DNA of 64,000 nt from Deltaproteobacteria bacterium (GCA_031362725.1 JANLTC010000243.1:16466-80465); one strand, 5' to 3'; counted from the first letter of the stretch, positions 37,629 to 47,184 are shown. Notes: generated by a model from the letters alone, not told the origin. A program made the numbers and translations.

Positions 37629-40502
37629 TCAGTCTGATCGAAGCAGCAGGGATCGACAGGTCGGGGCATCCGTGGGCGCCGCGATGCATCGCGCAGATCG
37701 CGCGCGGCGGCGGAGCACCCGGATCAACGGCAACGCGATCGCGAGTTCCACGCCGAGGCCGCAGCCGCCGGGGGGCACCTCGCTTCCGTATCCCGTCGTG
37801 CATTGGGGATCGGGCGTTCCCATCCCCGCGCCGCCATCCCAATCGATCTTCGTGTCGCCGTCGTTGTCGAGATCATCGTCGCACGCCGGGTTCTCGACGG
37901 AGATCGTCGCAGAGAAGCAACCCGGATCGGCCGGAAAGTCGATCAGTCCATCGCCGTCGTTGTCGATGCCATCGCTGCATTGGGGCGGCGGCGGCGCCTC
38001 GGAGTCGTCCGAAGCACCGGAACACTCCGCGTCGGCGAGATCGACGCGGGTGTCACCGTCGTTGTCCGTCCCGTCGTTGCACTGCGGATTCTCGAGGTTC
38101 GACATCGCATCGACGCAGCCCGGATCGGCCGGGAAGTCGACGAACGTATCGCCGTCGTTGTCGAGTGCGTCGCTGCAGACCGGGAAGATCGCGAACTCGT
38201 CGTCGTCCGCGGCGCCCATGCAGCCCGGGTCGGCGAGGTCGACGAGCGTGTCCGCATCGTTGTCGGCGCCGTCGTTGCACTGCGGGCTCTCCGTGGTGCT
38301 CGCGGCGCTTGCGCAGCCCGGATCGGCCGGGAAGTCGATGAGCGTGTCGCCGTCGTCATCGAGTCCGTTGCTGCATGCGGGCGGCGGCGGGGCTTCGAGA
38401 TTGTCCGATGCGCTCGCGCAGTCGCCATCGGCGAGATCGACGAGCAGGTCGGAGTCGTTGTCGAGACCGTCGTTGCACTGCGGGTTCTCGATCGTTCCCG
38501 CGACGCTGGCGCAGCCCGGATCGCTCGGGTAGTCGAACTTGCCGTCGCCATCCTGGTCGATGCCGTCCGAGCAGACCGGCAGCACGCCGCCCTTCACGAT
38601 CTGGAAGTGGTCGAGCACGTTGCCGGTGACGCCGATCATGCGCGCATCGAGCTGCCGGCCGACCACGTCGATCACCATCGAGCCGAGGATGTTGAGGCTC
38701 TGCACCATCACCGGATGGTCGAGCGTGCCGCCCGAGATCTGCGACGCGCTGCCGGGTACCGCGGCGACCGTTCCGGTGTTGGGGTCGGGGCCGAGCGCGC
38801 TCTTCACGTAGGCGCCGTTGCCGGCGGGGTCGCCGTCGCCCGCGTCGACCGCGTGAAGCGCCGGGCTGTAGGTCGTCGAGAAGCCGTAGTGGCCGTCGAG
38901 CAGCACCGAACGCTCGTAGCTGTGGCTGTGCCCCGACAGCACGAGATCGACGCCGTACGCCTCCATCACCGGCAGGAAGCGCTCGCGCATCTCGAGCAGC
39001 TGCGACTCGAGGTCCGAGTTGTGCGAACCCTTCGAGTACGGCGGGTGGTGCCAGATCGCGATGACGAAGTCTTTATCGGTGGCGGCGAGATCGGCGCACG
39101 CCCACTGGTACATCGCGCCCGCGCCGCCGCCGCCAATCGGGCAGATGTTGGTCGTGGGATTCACGGGAGCGGTGCGACTGGTGTCGTGCGAGTCGAGCGT
39201 GAGGATGTGGATGTTGCCGTAGTCGAACGAGTAGTAGGCCTCGGTGCCGCTCGGCACACCGCCTGCCTCGCCGGCAGTCGGGAAGCTGTGGGAGTCGTAG
39301 TAGGGACCCGTCTGGGTCGGGGAATCCGCGCCGCCGGTGCCGAACTCGTGGTTGCCCGGAGTCGACCAGAACGGCGTGTTCCGCATGATCGTCGGGAACG
39401 GATTGAAGTGGCCGTTGGTGAACTCGGTGTCGGTGCCGCTGTTGTAGGCGTTGTCGCCGAGCATCAGCCAGAGGTCGGCGAGCTGGCTCCCAGCATACGT
39501 GGTGTAGCCGGTGCGCACCGCGGCGACGTCGATGCAGCCCTGGGCCGAGGCTGCGCACACACCGTGGTCGCCTGTGACCCAGATCCGGATCGGGCGCCGC
39601 TCGCCCGCGAGCGGCGGCACCTCGAGATAGTGATTGGCGTCGCCGCCGGCGAGGGTCAGTGTGGTGGAGCCGACCGAGTAGAAGATCTTCGTTTCGGTCG
39701 GCAGACCCGTGATCGGCACGATGTGCTCGGTGCGCGTGCCGGCGACGTCCACGGTGTTGGAGAGCGAGCCGGCGGCGAGACCCCACTTGACGCGCGTGGC
39801 ACTCGGCGCGTTCGTGCGCCAACGGATCACGGCGCTCGTCGGTGTCACGTTCTGGAGGTAGGGAGCGCGCGCAAGCGAGAGCGCGGTCACCTGGAGCGAC
39901 GCGTTGAAGCTGATGTCGCTGCTGGTGGCGATGTTCTGGTGGATCTCGACCGCGAGCACGTTCGAGCCGTCGACGAGGCTGGTCGGGGCGAGCGGGAAGG
40001 TGAAGAAGTTCGTCTCGCCCGCGCCGGAGACGGCATTCGACGCTGGCGTGATGTACGTGATCGGTGGTGCGGGCATGTTCGAGCTGGCCACCTGGGTACC
40101 GTTCAGATAGACGATCGCGCCGTCGTCGCGCTGGAGCTTCAGCTCGAGCGCGGTGATCGAGCCGACGTTGCTCACCGTGAAGCTCTTGCGAAAGTAGGTG
40201 GTGATGTAGTTGGCCGACAAGCAGCCCGGCGCGTTCGGACCGCAGTTCACCACGGTGGCTTCGCCGCCGTCGCCGTAACCGAGTTCCGCGGGACCCTGCG
40301 CCCAGGTCCCATCGGCGAAGGCGGTCGCGCGCCACGCGGTGCCCTGATCGCTGCCGTTGTCGAGGTAGCGCCAGGTCGCGCCGGTCGGCACCAGGAAGTC
40401 GCCCGGGCTCTCGGCGAACGCGGCCGGTCCGGCGAGCGTTCCGATCATCAACACCAGCGCGAGTCGGATCGCGATGACGGCTTTGCGGTTTCGGGCCTTC
40501 AC
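37629..40502 (-). CDS. secreted purple-acid-phosphatase-like metallophosphoesterase with 9 C-terminal Cys/Asp repeats and a CGLG-type tail
   Basis: Signal peptide. Metallophosphoesterase motifs GDHG, GDNAY, GNHEF, WHHPPYS, GHSHSYERS. C-terminal repeats CxDGxDNDxDxxxDxxxDPGC. Confidence 0.8.
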   Translation of the reverse strand: MKARNRKAVIAIRLALVLMIGTLAGPAAFAESPGDFLVPTGATWRYLDNGSDQGTAWRATAFADGTWAQGPAELGYGDGGEATVVNCGPNAPGCLSANYITTYFRKSFTVSNVGSITALELKLQRDDGAIVYLNGTQVASSNMPAPPITYITPASNAVSGAGETNFFTFPLAPTSLVDGSNVLAVEIHQNIATSSDISFNASLQVTALSLARAPYLQNVTPTSAVIRWRTNAPSATRVKWGLAAGSLSNTVDVAGTRTEHIVPITGLPTETKIFYSVGSTTLTLAGGDANHYLEVPPLAGERRPIRIWVTGDHGVCAASAQGCIDVAAVRTGYTTYAGSQLADLWLMLGDNAYNSGTDTEFTNGHFNPFPTIMRNTPFWSTPGNHEFGTGGADSPTQTGPYYDSHSFPTAGEAGGVPSGTEAYYSFDYGNIHILTLDSHDTSRTAPVNPTTNICPIGGGGAGAMYQWACADLAATDKDFVIAIWHHPPYSKGSHNSDLESQLLEMRERFLPVMEAYGVDLVLSGHSHSYERSVLLDGHYGFSTTYSPALHAVDAGDGDPAGNGAYVKSALGPDPNTGTVAAVPGSASQISGGTLDHPVMVQSLNILGSMVIDVVGRQLDARMIGVTGNVLDHFQIVKGGVLPVCSDGIDQDGDGKFDYPSDPGCASVAGTIENPQCNDGLDNDSDLLVDLADGDCASASDNLEAPPPPACSNGLDDDGDTLIDFPADPGCASAASTTESPQCNDGADNDADTLVDLADPGCMGAADDDEFAIFPVCSDALDNDGDTFVDFPADPGCVDAMSNLENPQCNDGTDNDGDTRVDLADAECSGASDDSEAPPPPQCSDGIDNDGDGLIDFPADPGCFSATISVENPACDDDLDNDGDTKIDWDGGAGMGTPDPQCTTGYGSEVPPGGCGLGVELAIALPLIRVLRRRARSARCIAAPTDAPTCRSLLLRSD
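37790..38580 (-). repeat. intragenic tandem repeats encoding the Cys/Asp modules
   Basis: Near-identical 50-nt blocks, for example GCAGCCCGGATCGGCCGGGAAGTCGA... at about 38114 and 38314 and a diverged copy at about 37918. Period is about 200 nt, which is two alternating module types. Confidence 0.75.
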
Positions 40503-41374
40503 TGATCGTCTCCCTTTGCGAGGCGCGCAATGCCTTCGCGCGCCTGTGATTCGAGCTGCTTCGCGGCGGGCGTCGACCGCCGCGCTTCGGTGCGAGCATC
40601 GAGCGCCGTGAGCGCTTCCGCGTAGGCGTCGCGCGCCGCCTGCTGGCGGCCGGCGCGCTCGAGAATCTCCGCGCGCCGGAGCAGCACCTCGTCGCGTGCG
40701 ACAGCGCCCCCCGCCATCTGATCGAGGCGCGCGAGCGCGGCATCGATGCGCCCGGCGCGCAGCTCGAGATCCAGTGCGGCTTGTTCGAGCGCGGGAACCG
40801 GACCGAGCGCTGCGAGGGCGGCGTCGGCCACGCGCAACGCGTCGGTGATTCCACCGGGGCCGCCGGCCGCCTCGGTCGCACGAATCCGCTCGAGCTGGAC
40901 GTCGGGGCTTACGCCGGGCGCGCGCCGGGCCAGATCTGCATACGCGTCGGCGGCGTCGCGCCAGCGCAGCAGACCGGCGAGTGCGCGCGCGTGCGCGAGG
41001 ATCGTCGGGAGGTCGTTCGGCGACTGTGCGCGTGCGGAGCGCAGCGAAGCCTCGGCGTCAGCCAGGCGGCCTTCCTCGAGCCAGATGAGACCCCGGTCGC
41101 GTTGCGCAAGCGTCCGATCGAGACCGAGATCGACGGCCTTCGTGAGATCCGCGTGCGCCTGCAGAAAACTTCCGCGACGCCGTTCCAGCACCGCATGACC
41201 GCGCCATAGCTCGGGGTCTCGCGGCGTCGCGGCGATCGCTTCGTCGAGCCGCGCGAGCGTGGCGTCGCGGTCCTCGTGTGCGCGCGCGGGAAGGGATCCG
41301 AGCGCTGCGCCGATGCACAGCATTGCGAGTCCAAAGAAGATCCGGCGCGGCAGCATGCTGGGTTCGACTCGCAT
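40499..41374 (-). CDS. secreted TPR-repeat protein
   Basis: Signal peptide followed by Ala/Leu/Arg-rich TPR-like helices. Its stop overlaps the next gene's start by 4 nt. Confidence 0.7.
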   Translation of the reverse strand: MRVEPSMLPRRIFFGLAMLCIGAALGSLPARAHEDRDATLARLDEAIAATPRDPELWRGHAVLERRRGSFLQAHADLTKAVDLGLDRTLAQRDRGLIWLEEGRLADAEASLRSARAQSPNDLPTILAHARALAGLLRWRDAADAYADLARRAPGVSPDVQLERIRATEAAGGPGGITDALRVADAALAALGPVPALEQAALDLELRAGRIDAALARLDQMAGGAVARDEVLLRRAEILERAGRQQAARDAYAEALTALDARTEARRSTPAAKQLESQAREGIARLAKGDDQ

Positions 41375-41759
41375 CCTGGTCGAAGACGTTTTCCGGGGCG
41401 ACGCGACGGTAGCGCGCGACCGGGAACCTACTCGATCCCGGTCGCGCTGCGAACGCCGGCCAGGGCGCGCCGCCGCCCCTGTGGGCCGGAACAGCCCACC
41501 GGCAGGCGATCCTCCATGCCGCTGGCAGAGCTCACGGATTCGGCACGGCGCAGCGTGGTCTGCGAGACGGACAAATCCAGACTGTGTCGGCCGATCCTGC
41601 GCAAGGCGAGCGCAGGTCGACCGGAGCGTTCATGTCGTCGCAATGCGTTCGAGGCGAAGCACGTCCTTCGAGGGCTACCGTCCGCGATGGAGAGATGATC
41701 CCGCGGTCGGTGTCGAGCGCCTCGACTTCGGGCACGCTGCAGACGGTCAGGAGAATCCT

Positions 41760-43289
41760 ATGCGCTCGAAGTCGACTCCTACACTCGCGATGCTCGTGTC
41801 GCTCGCGTGCGCCACTGCTGCTGGTGCCACGACTCCGATCGGCGGGTTCCGCGGCGCGTTCGGCCCGCGCTTCGAGTCCAACCCGGAATCGAATGTCCGG
41901 CATCGACGAAGCGACCGCCGTGCGGTGAGCGCGGCCGAGTTGGTGCGGCGCTGGAACGAGATCGCGATCGACGCGAGCGGACTCGACCACACGCCGGTGG
42001 CGATCGGGGAGAACCGGACCTTCGGAGAGCAGCTCGGACCGGGTCGCGCGAGTCGCGCGATGGCGATCGTGCAGATCGCGATCTTCGATGCGGTGAATGC
42101 AGTCGAGTCCCGCTACCAGAGCTACACCGGGCTGCCGCCCGCTCCTCGGCACACGAACCTCAGCGCGGCGATCGCGCAGGCTGCGGACGATTCGCTGTCC
42201 GCGCTGTTCCCGTCGCAGGCGGAAGCGTTCCACGCACGACGCGCCGTCGATCTCGCACGGATTCGCGGCGGAGTCGCCAAGGTGAACGGAATCGCTCTCG
42301 GCCACCGCGCCGCTGCTGCGATCCTCGCCCGCCGCGCTCATGACGGTTCGCACTACGTCGAGCCGCAGATGGGCGTCGGGTATCTGGCGGGCGACGGTCC
42401 CGGCGAATGGCGCCAGGATCCGGTCAGCCAGATTCCGATCGCACTCGGGGCGCCGTGGGGCAAGGTCGAGCCGTTCGTGCTGCGCTCGCCGCATCAGTTT
42501 CGTGTACCGCCGCCGCCGGCGCTCGACAGCGCCGAGTACACCGCCGCGTTCGCGGAGGTTCTCGCATACGGTGGCGACGGAGTCGTCTCGCCAACGATCC
42601 GGACACCGGAGCAGACCGAGATCGGCACCTATTGGGCCTACGACGGAACCCCCAGTCTTTGCGCGCCGCCGCGGCTGTACAACCAGATCGCGATGCAGAT
42701 CGCAGAGCAGCAGGGAACGACGCGGGACGTCGTAGAACTCGCGCGACTCCTCGCGATCGCGAACACGGCGATGGCCGACGCTGGCATCGCGATCTGGGAG
42801 TCGAAGTATCACTACTCGTTCTGGCGTCCGGTCACCGGGATTCGCGAGGCGGACGAAGGAAGCGGGCCGACTGGCGCGGGCGACGGCAATCCGGACACGC
42901 TCGGCAATCCCACCTTCCTGCCGCTCGGTGCGCCCGCCAGCAATTTGAACGGGCCGGACTTCACGCCGCCGTTCCCGGCCTATCCCTCGGGTCACGCCGG
43001 CTTCGGCGGCGCGCTGTTCGAGACGCTGCGCAACTTCTACGGCACCGACGACATCGCATTCACGTTCGTGTCGGACGAGTTCAACGGCACCACGTTCGAC
43101 AGCGACGGCATCTTGCGTCCGCTGCTCCCGCGCAGCTTCGACTCGCTCTCCGAGGCCGAGGAGGAGAACGGCCAGAGCCGCATCTACCTCGGCATTCACT
43201 GGGCGTTCGACAAGACCGAAGGGATCGCGCAGGGACGCCGTGTCGCCGACTACGTGATGAGGCACGCCTTCCGCCCGCGCCGGCGATAG
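41760..43289 (+). CDS. secreted PAP2-superfamily enzyme, vanadium-haloperoxidase / acid-phosphatase-like
   Basis: ORF trimmed to ATG 41760 with an AGGAGA RBS and a signal peptide. Complete signature KYHYSFWRP (K-x6-RP), PSGHA, SRIYLGIHWAFD (SR-x5-H-x3-D). Confidence 0.8.
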   Translation: MRSKSTPTLAMLVSLACATAAGATTPIGGFRGAFGPRFESNPESNVRHRRSDRRAVSAAELVRRWNEIAIDASGLDHTPVAIGENRTFGEQLGPGRASRAMAIVQIAIFDAVNAVESRYQSYTGLPPAPRHTNLSAAIAQAADDSLSALFPSQAEAFHARRAVDLARIRGGVAKVNGIALGHRAAAAILARRAHDGSHYVEPQMGVGYLAGDGPGEWRQDPVSQIPIALGAPWGKVEPFVLRSPHQFRVPPPPALDSAEYTAAFAEVLAYGGDGVVSPTIRTPEQTEIGTYWAYDGTPSLCAPPRLYNQIAMQIAEQQGTTRDVVELARLLAIANTAMADAGIAIWESKYHYSFWRPVTGIREADEGSGPTGAGDGNPDTLGNPTFLPLGAPASNLNGPDFTPPFPAYPSGHAGFGGALFETLRNFYGTDDIAFTFVSDEFNGTTFDSDGILRPLLPRSFDSLSEAEEENGQSRIYLGIHWAFDKTEGIAQGRRVADYVMRHAFRPRRR

Positions 43290-43340
43290 CGCCGAACGTC
43301 GCCGAAGCAGCCGGTCAGTGCGGTGGCGGAGTGAGAACGC

Positions 43341-44006
43341 CTAGCGAGGTCCGAGGAGCAGACGGACCAGCGCATCCGCGTGCGCTTCGGCGACGGCTTC
43401 GTCGGTCGGGTCGATCCCGGTCACGTACTTGCACTCGGGCGCCTGCGAGAAGAGCAGGCCCGCTGCACCCAGTACGATGTAGTGGAAGCTCACGGCGGGG
43501 ATCGCAGGCACGAGGCCGCGTGCCTGTGCCTGCTCCACGACTCGTCTGATCGCGCCCACCAGCGGTTTCACGTGGTGATCGGCGAGCCAGCGCATGCGGG
43601 GTCCGTCGCGCTTGCTCTCGTCGTTCATCAGTCGCATGAACTCGGGCCGCCGCGCGAGGAAGCGCACGAAGCCGCGCAGCAACTGCTCGAACTGCGCGCG
43701 CTCGTCGCCGCCGGCCTCGCTCTGCGCCTGGGCGGTGACCGCGGCGACCTCCTTCGTGAGTTCCTCGAACGCGTGTGAGACCGCTGCCTTCCAGAGCGGC
43801 TCCTTGCCTCCGAAGTAGTACGTGAGCAGCCCCAGGTTGGCGCCCGCGCGCTCGGCGATGTCGCGCGTGCGCGCGCCGTCGAAGCCCTGCTCGGCGAAGA
43901 CCTCTAGCGCGGCCGCGAGGATGCGTTCGCGCACCGGACCGGCGGGCACGGCAGCAGCCCGTCGTCGGGGGATTCCTGTCTTGCGTCGCGCTCGGCGGGC
44001 TGCCAT
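43341..44006 (-). CDS. TetR-family transcriptional regulator
   Basis: HTH TRDIAERAGANLGLLTYYF. ATG 44006 preferred over TTG 44012. Confidence 0.85.
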   Translation of the reverse strand: MAARRARRKTGIPRRRAAAVPAGPVRERILAAALEVFAEQGFDGARTRDIAERAGANLGLLTYYFGGKEPLWKAAVSHAFEELTKEVAAVTAQAQSEAGGDERAQFEQLLRGFVRFLARRPEFMRLMNDESKRDGPRMRWLADHHVKPLVGAIRRVVEQAQARGLVPAIPAVSFHYIVLGAAGLLFSQAPECKYVTGIDPTDEAVAEAHADALVRLLLGPR

Positions 44007-44020
44007 TGCCAAATACTCAC

Positions 44021-44060
44021 TTGACTAAAATGCTGGGAACCGATTATACACATGACTAAA
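44021..44060 (+). promoter_or_regulatory. sigma70-like promoter with duplicated TGACTAAA boxes (candidate TetR operator)
   Basis: AT-rich island. TTGACT (44021-44026), N18, TATACA (44045-44050). TGACTAAA at 44022-44029 and 44053-44060. Confidence 0.5.
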
Positions 44061-44087
44061 TCATCCTCCACCCCGGAAGGAAGCCCC

Positions 44088-44693
44088 ATGACCTCCCCGC
44101 GCCTCGAAGGCCGCAAACTCAGCCTGAGCCACCTCGGTATCTGTTGCTTCGACCTGCCCAAGATGATCGCGTTCTACACCGGCGTGCTGGGCATGACGCA
44201 GAGCGATCGCGGCGCCCTTCCGTCCCCGTTCGACGCGGAACTCGTCTTCCTCACCACCGATCCCAGCGAACACCATCAGCTGGTGCTCGTCTCGGGACGC
44301 AAGGAAGGCGAGATCCAGCAGGGACCGGCGCTCGGCGGCAGCTTCGGCACCGCGATCTTCCAGCTCTCGTTCCGCCTCGAAGACCTCGGAACGCTGCGGC
44401 GAGTTCGCGACCGCCTTTCGGCTGCCGGTTGCACGCATCTGATCCCGATCAATCACGGCAACGCGTGGTCGCTCTACACGCGGGATCCCGAAGGCAACGC
44501 GCTCGAGTTCGTCGTCGATTCCCCGTGGTTCGTCCACCAGCCGTGCGGCGAGGGGCTCGATCTCGGGCAGAGCGATGCCGAGATCCTGCGCCAGACCGAA
44601 GTGCTGTGCGCGAACAAGGGTGGCGAGCCGGTCGCCGACTGGCGCGTGCGCATCGCGAGTCAGATCGTGCGCGATCAGGCTGGGCTGCGCTGA
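44088..44693 (+). CDS. VOC (glyoxalase / extradiol dioxygenase) family protein
   Basis: The track start, ATG 44052, sits inside the predicted promoter. ATG 44088 has GGAAGGAAG upstream. VOC-type LSHLGICCFDL...FYTGVLGM. Confidence 0.7.
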   Translation: MTSPRLEGRKLSLSHLGICCFDLPKMIAFYTGVLGMTQSDRGALPSPFDAELVFLTTDPSEHHQLVLVSGRKEGEIQQGPALGGSFGTAIFQLSFRLEDLGTLRRVRDRLSAAGCTHLIPINHGNAWSLYTRDPEGNALEFVVDSPWFVHQPCGEGLDLGQSDAEILRQTEVLCANKGGEPVADWRVRIASQIVRDQAGLR

Positions 44694-44694
44694 G

Positions 44695-46341
44695 ATGGCA
44701 GCGCCCATCGAAGTGCCGGTCCTGATCGTCGGCGGCGGACCCGTCGGCACGACGGCGTCCATCCTGCTGGCACAGCAAGGTGTCGAGAGCCTCGTCGTCG
44801 AGCGGCGCGAGTCCGTGCAGCCCGCTCCCGCCGCGCACGTTGTGAACGCGCGCACCTTCGAGATCTTGCGCGCTGCAGGCGTGGACATGGCGGCGATCGC
44901 CGCGGCGTGCAAGAACCCGTCCGACGCGGGCCGCGTGCGCTGGGTCATGACGCTCACCGGCGAGGAACTCGGCAGCCTCCCCTTCGAGCGCCAGGACGAC
45001 GACGTGCTCGCGGTGACGCCGACGCCGCTGCGAAATCTCTCGCAGCATCGCCTCGAGCCGATCCTGATCGAGCACCTCCGCAAGCAGCCGAACGCGTCGC
45101 TGCGCTTTGCGCACGAATGGGAAGGCGCCGAGCAGGACGCCGGTGGCGTCAGCTCGCGCGTTCGCGACATCGCTGCGGGTCGCGTGTTCGAGGTGCGCAG
45201 TCGCTGGCTACTCGCCGCCGACGGCGCCGGAAGCCGGGTCCGAAAGGCCCTCGGCATCGAGCCGATCGGTCCGCCGCGGCTCGCATCCTTCGTGATGATC
45301 CACTTCGAGGCGAAGCTGCGGCCGCTGGTCGGCGACCGGCCCGCGGTCCTCTACTTCGTCAACGATCCGGCAGCGCGCGGCGTCTTCGTCGCGCACGACA
45401 TCGACTCGACCTGGGTCTTCATGCACCACTGGGATCCCGAGCAGGAGTCGGCGGACGACTACACCGAGAAGCGCTGCGCGGCGATCGTGCGCCGCGCGAT
45501 CGGAACGCCCGCGGTGGAGTTCGCGATCCGCACGCTCTCCACCTGGAACATGTCCGTACAGGTCGCCGAGCGCTATCGCGAAGGGCGCGCCTTCCTCGTC
45601 GGCGACGCCGCCCATCGCTTCCCGCCGACGGGCGGCCTCGGGCTCAACACGGGTGTGCAGGATGCTCACAACCTCGTGTGGAAGCTCACCGCCGTCGAAG
45701 CCGGTTGGGCTCCCGCGGCCCTGCTCGACAGCTACGAGATCGAGCGCCTGCCCGTCGCGCGCGAGAACGCCGACGTGAGCGCGCGCAATGCCGCGAAGTT
45801 GCTCGAGGTCGTGCAGGCGCTCGGCCCCGCCTGCGACGGGGATCGCGGCGCCGTGCGCGCGGCGATCGCGAACCAGGCCGAACACTTCGACATGCTCGGG
45901 CTCCAGCTCGGTTTCCAATACGAAGCAGGCGCGCTCGTGCCGGACGGAAGCTCGCGTCCCGCCGTCGGCAATCCGGTCCGCGAGTTCCTGCCCTGCGGAC
46001 GACCCGGCGCGCGCGTTCCGCATGCGTGGACGCTGCGCGACGGCGAACGCGTGTCGACGCTCGATCTGCTGCCGCCCGATCGCTTCACGCTGATCGCAGG
46101 TCCGGCGGGCGCCGCGTGGATCGAAGCGGCGGCGGCGATTGCGACACCGCCGCTGTACTGCCTGGCGATCGGTCGCGACGTCCCCGACGCGGACGGCGCG
46201 TGGACCGCGGTGCTCGGCATCGAGAACGACGGCGCGCTGCTCGTGCGGCCCGACCAACACGTGGCCTGGCGCAGTGCGCGCGGCGTCGCAAACCCGGGCG
46301 ACGCGCTTCGCAGCGCGTTGTCCCGCAGCGCCGGGAACTGA
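44695..46341 (+). CDS. group A FAD-dependent aromatic monooxygenase (PheA/TfdB-like)
   Basis: Trimmed to ATG 44695. VLIVGGGPVGTT, AADGAGSRVR, GRAFLVGDAAHRFPPTGGLGLNTGVQDAHNLVWKL. Confidence 0.85.
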   Translation: MAAPIEVPVLIVGGGPVGTTASILLAQQGVESLVVERRESVQPAPAAHVVNARTFEILRAAGVDMAAIAAACKNPSDAGRVRWVMTLTGEELGSLPFERQDDDVLAVTPTPLRNLSQHRLEPILIEHLRKQPNASLRFAHEWEGAEQDAGGVSSRVRDIAAGRVFEVRSRWLLAADGAGSRVRKALGIEPIGPPRLASFVMIHFEAKLRPLVGDRPAVLYFVNDPAARGVFVAHDIDSTWVFMHHWDPEQESADDYTEKRCAAIVRRAIGTPAVEFAIRTLSTWNMSVQVAERYREGRAFLVGDAAHRFPPTGGLGLNTGVQDAHNLVWKLTAVEAGWAPAALLDSYEIERLPVARENADVSARNAAKLLEVVQALGPACDGDRGAVRAAIANQAEHFDMLGLQLGFQYEAGALVPDGSSRPAVGNPVREFLPCGRPGARVPHAWTLRDGERVSTLDLLPPDRFTLIAGPAGAAWIEAAAAIATPPLYCLAIGRDVPDADGAWTAVLGIENDGALLVRPDQHVAWRSARGVANPGDALRSALSRSAGN

Positions 46342-46354
46342 GAAGGGAGCCTCG

Positions 46355-47134
46355 ATGGAACTCGGAATCGCGGGACGCCGCGCGCTGGTGTGCGCGTCGA
46401 GTCGCGGGCTGGGACGGGCGTGCGCCCGGGCGCTCGCGGCAGAGGGCGTCGAGATCGTCGTGAACGGCCGCGATGCGGCGCGGCTCGAGGCGACCGCCGA
46501 CGAGATCCGTCGCGAGAGCAGCGTTCCCGTGACCGCCGTCATCGCCGATCTGTGTACGGAGGAAGGTCGCGCGGCACTGCTCGCAGCGTGCCCCGATCCC
46601 GACATCCTCGTCAACAACAACGGTGGCCCACCGCCGGGTCGCTTCGAGGACTGGGACCATGCGCGCTGGATGGGTGCGCTCGAAGCCAATCTGCTCGCGC
46701 CGGTCCTGATGATCCGCGGCGTGATCGGCGGCATGCGCGCGCGCCGCTTCGGCCGCATCGTCAACATCACGTCCGCGATGGTGAAGGCGCCGCACGCCGC
46801 GATGGGTCTCTCGACCGCGGCGCGCAGCGCTCTCACCGCAGTGTGCAAGGGCCTCTCGCGCGAGGTCGCGCGCGACAACGTGACGATCAACAACCTGCTG
46901 CCCGAGCGCATCGACACCGATCGCCAGCGCTTCATGGCGGAACTGCGCGCGAAGACCGGCGGCGTCACGCTCGAGCAGGCCTACGCCGAGATGGCCACCA
47001 GCATCGCCGCGGGGCGGCTCGGCACGCCCGAGGAGTTCGGCGCCGCGTGCGCGTTCCTGTGCAGTGCACACGCGAGCTTCGTCTCGGGGCAGAACCTGCA
47101 GATCGACGGCGGATCCTACCCCGGCGTATTCTGA
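46355..47134 (+). CDS. SDR-family oxidoreductase
   Basis: Trimmed to ATG 46355. CASSRGLG cofactor motif and SDR fold pattern. Confidence 0.8.
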   Translation: MELGIAGRRALVCASSRGLGRACARALAAEGVEIVVNGRDAARLEATADEIRRESSVPVTAVIADLCTEEGRAALLAACPDPDILVNNNGGPPPGRFEDWDHARWMGALEANLLAPVLMIRGVIGGMRARRFGRIVNITSAMVKAPHAAMGLSTAARSALTAVCKGLSREVARDNVTINNLLPERIDTDRQRFMAELRAKTGGVTLEQAYAEMATSIAAGRLGTPEEFGAACAFLCSAHASFVSGQNLQIDGGSYPGVF

Positions 47135-47184
47135 GCGAGGCTCCGCGCTCGGCGCCTGCGATGAACGCGGCGTGATAGCGTGCG

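Noticed and set aside
37803-40505. 900-aa plus-strand ORF, and similar shadows 30276..32621(-), 14936..17200(+), 41532..43265(-), 45208..46968(-), 39073..40881(-)
   Set aside because: All are antisense or out of frame relative to genes with clear catalytic motifs. They have no signal or domain features and highly skewed Arg/Ala content.
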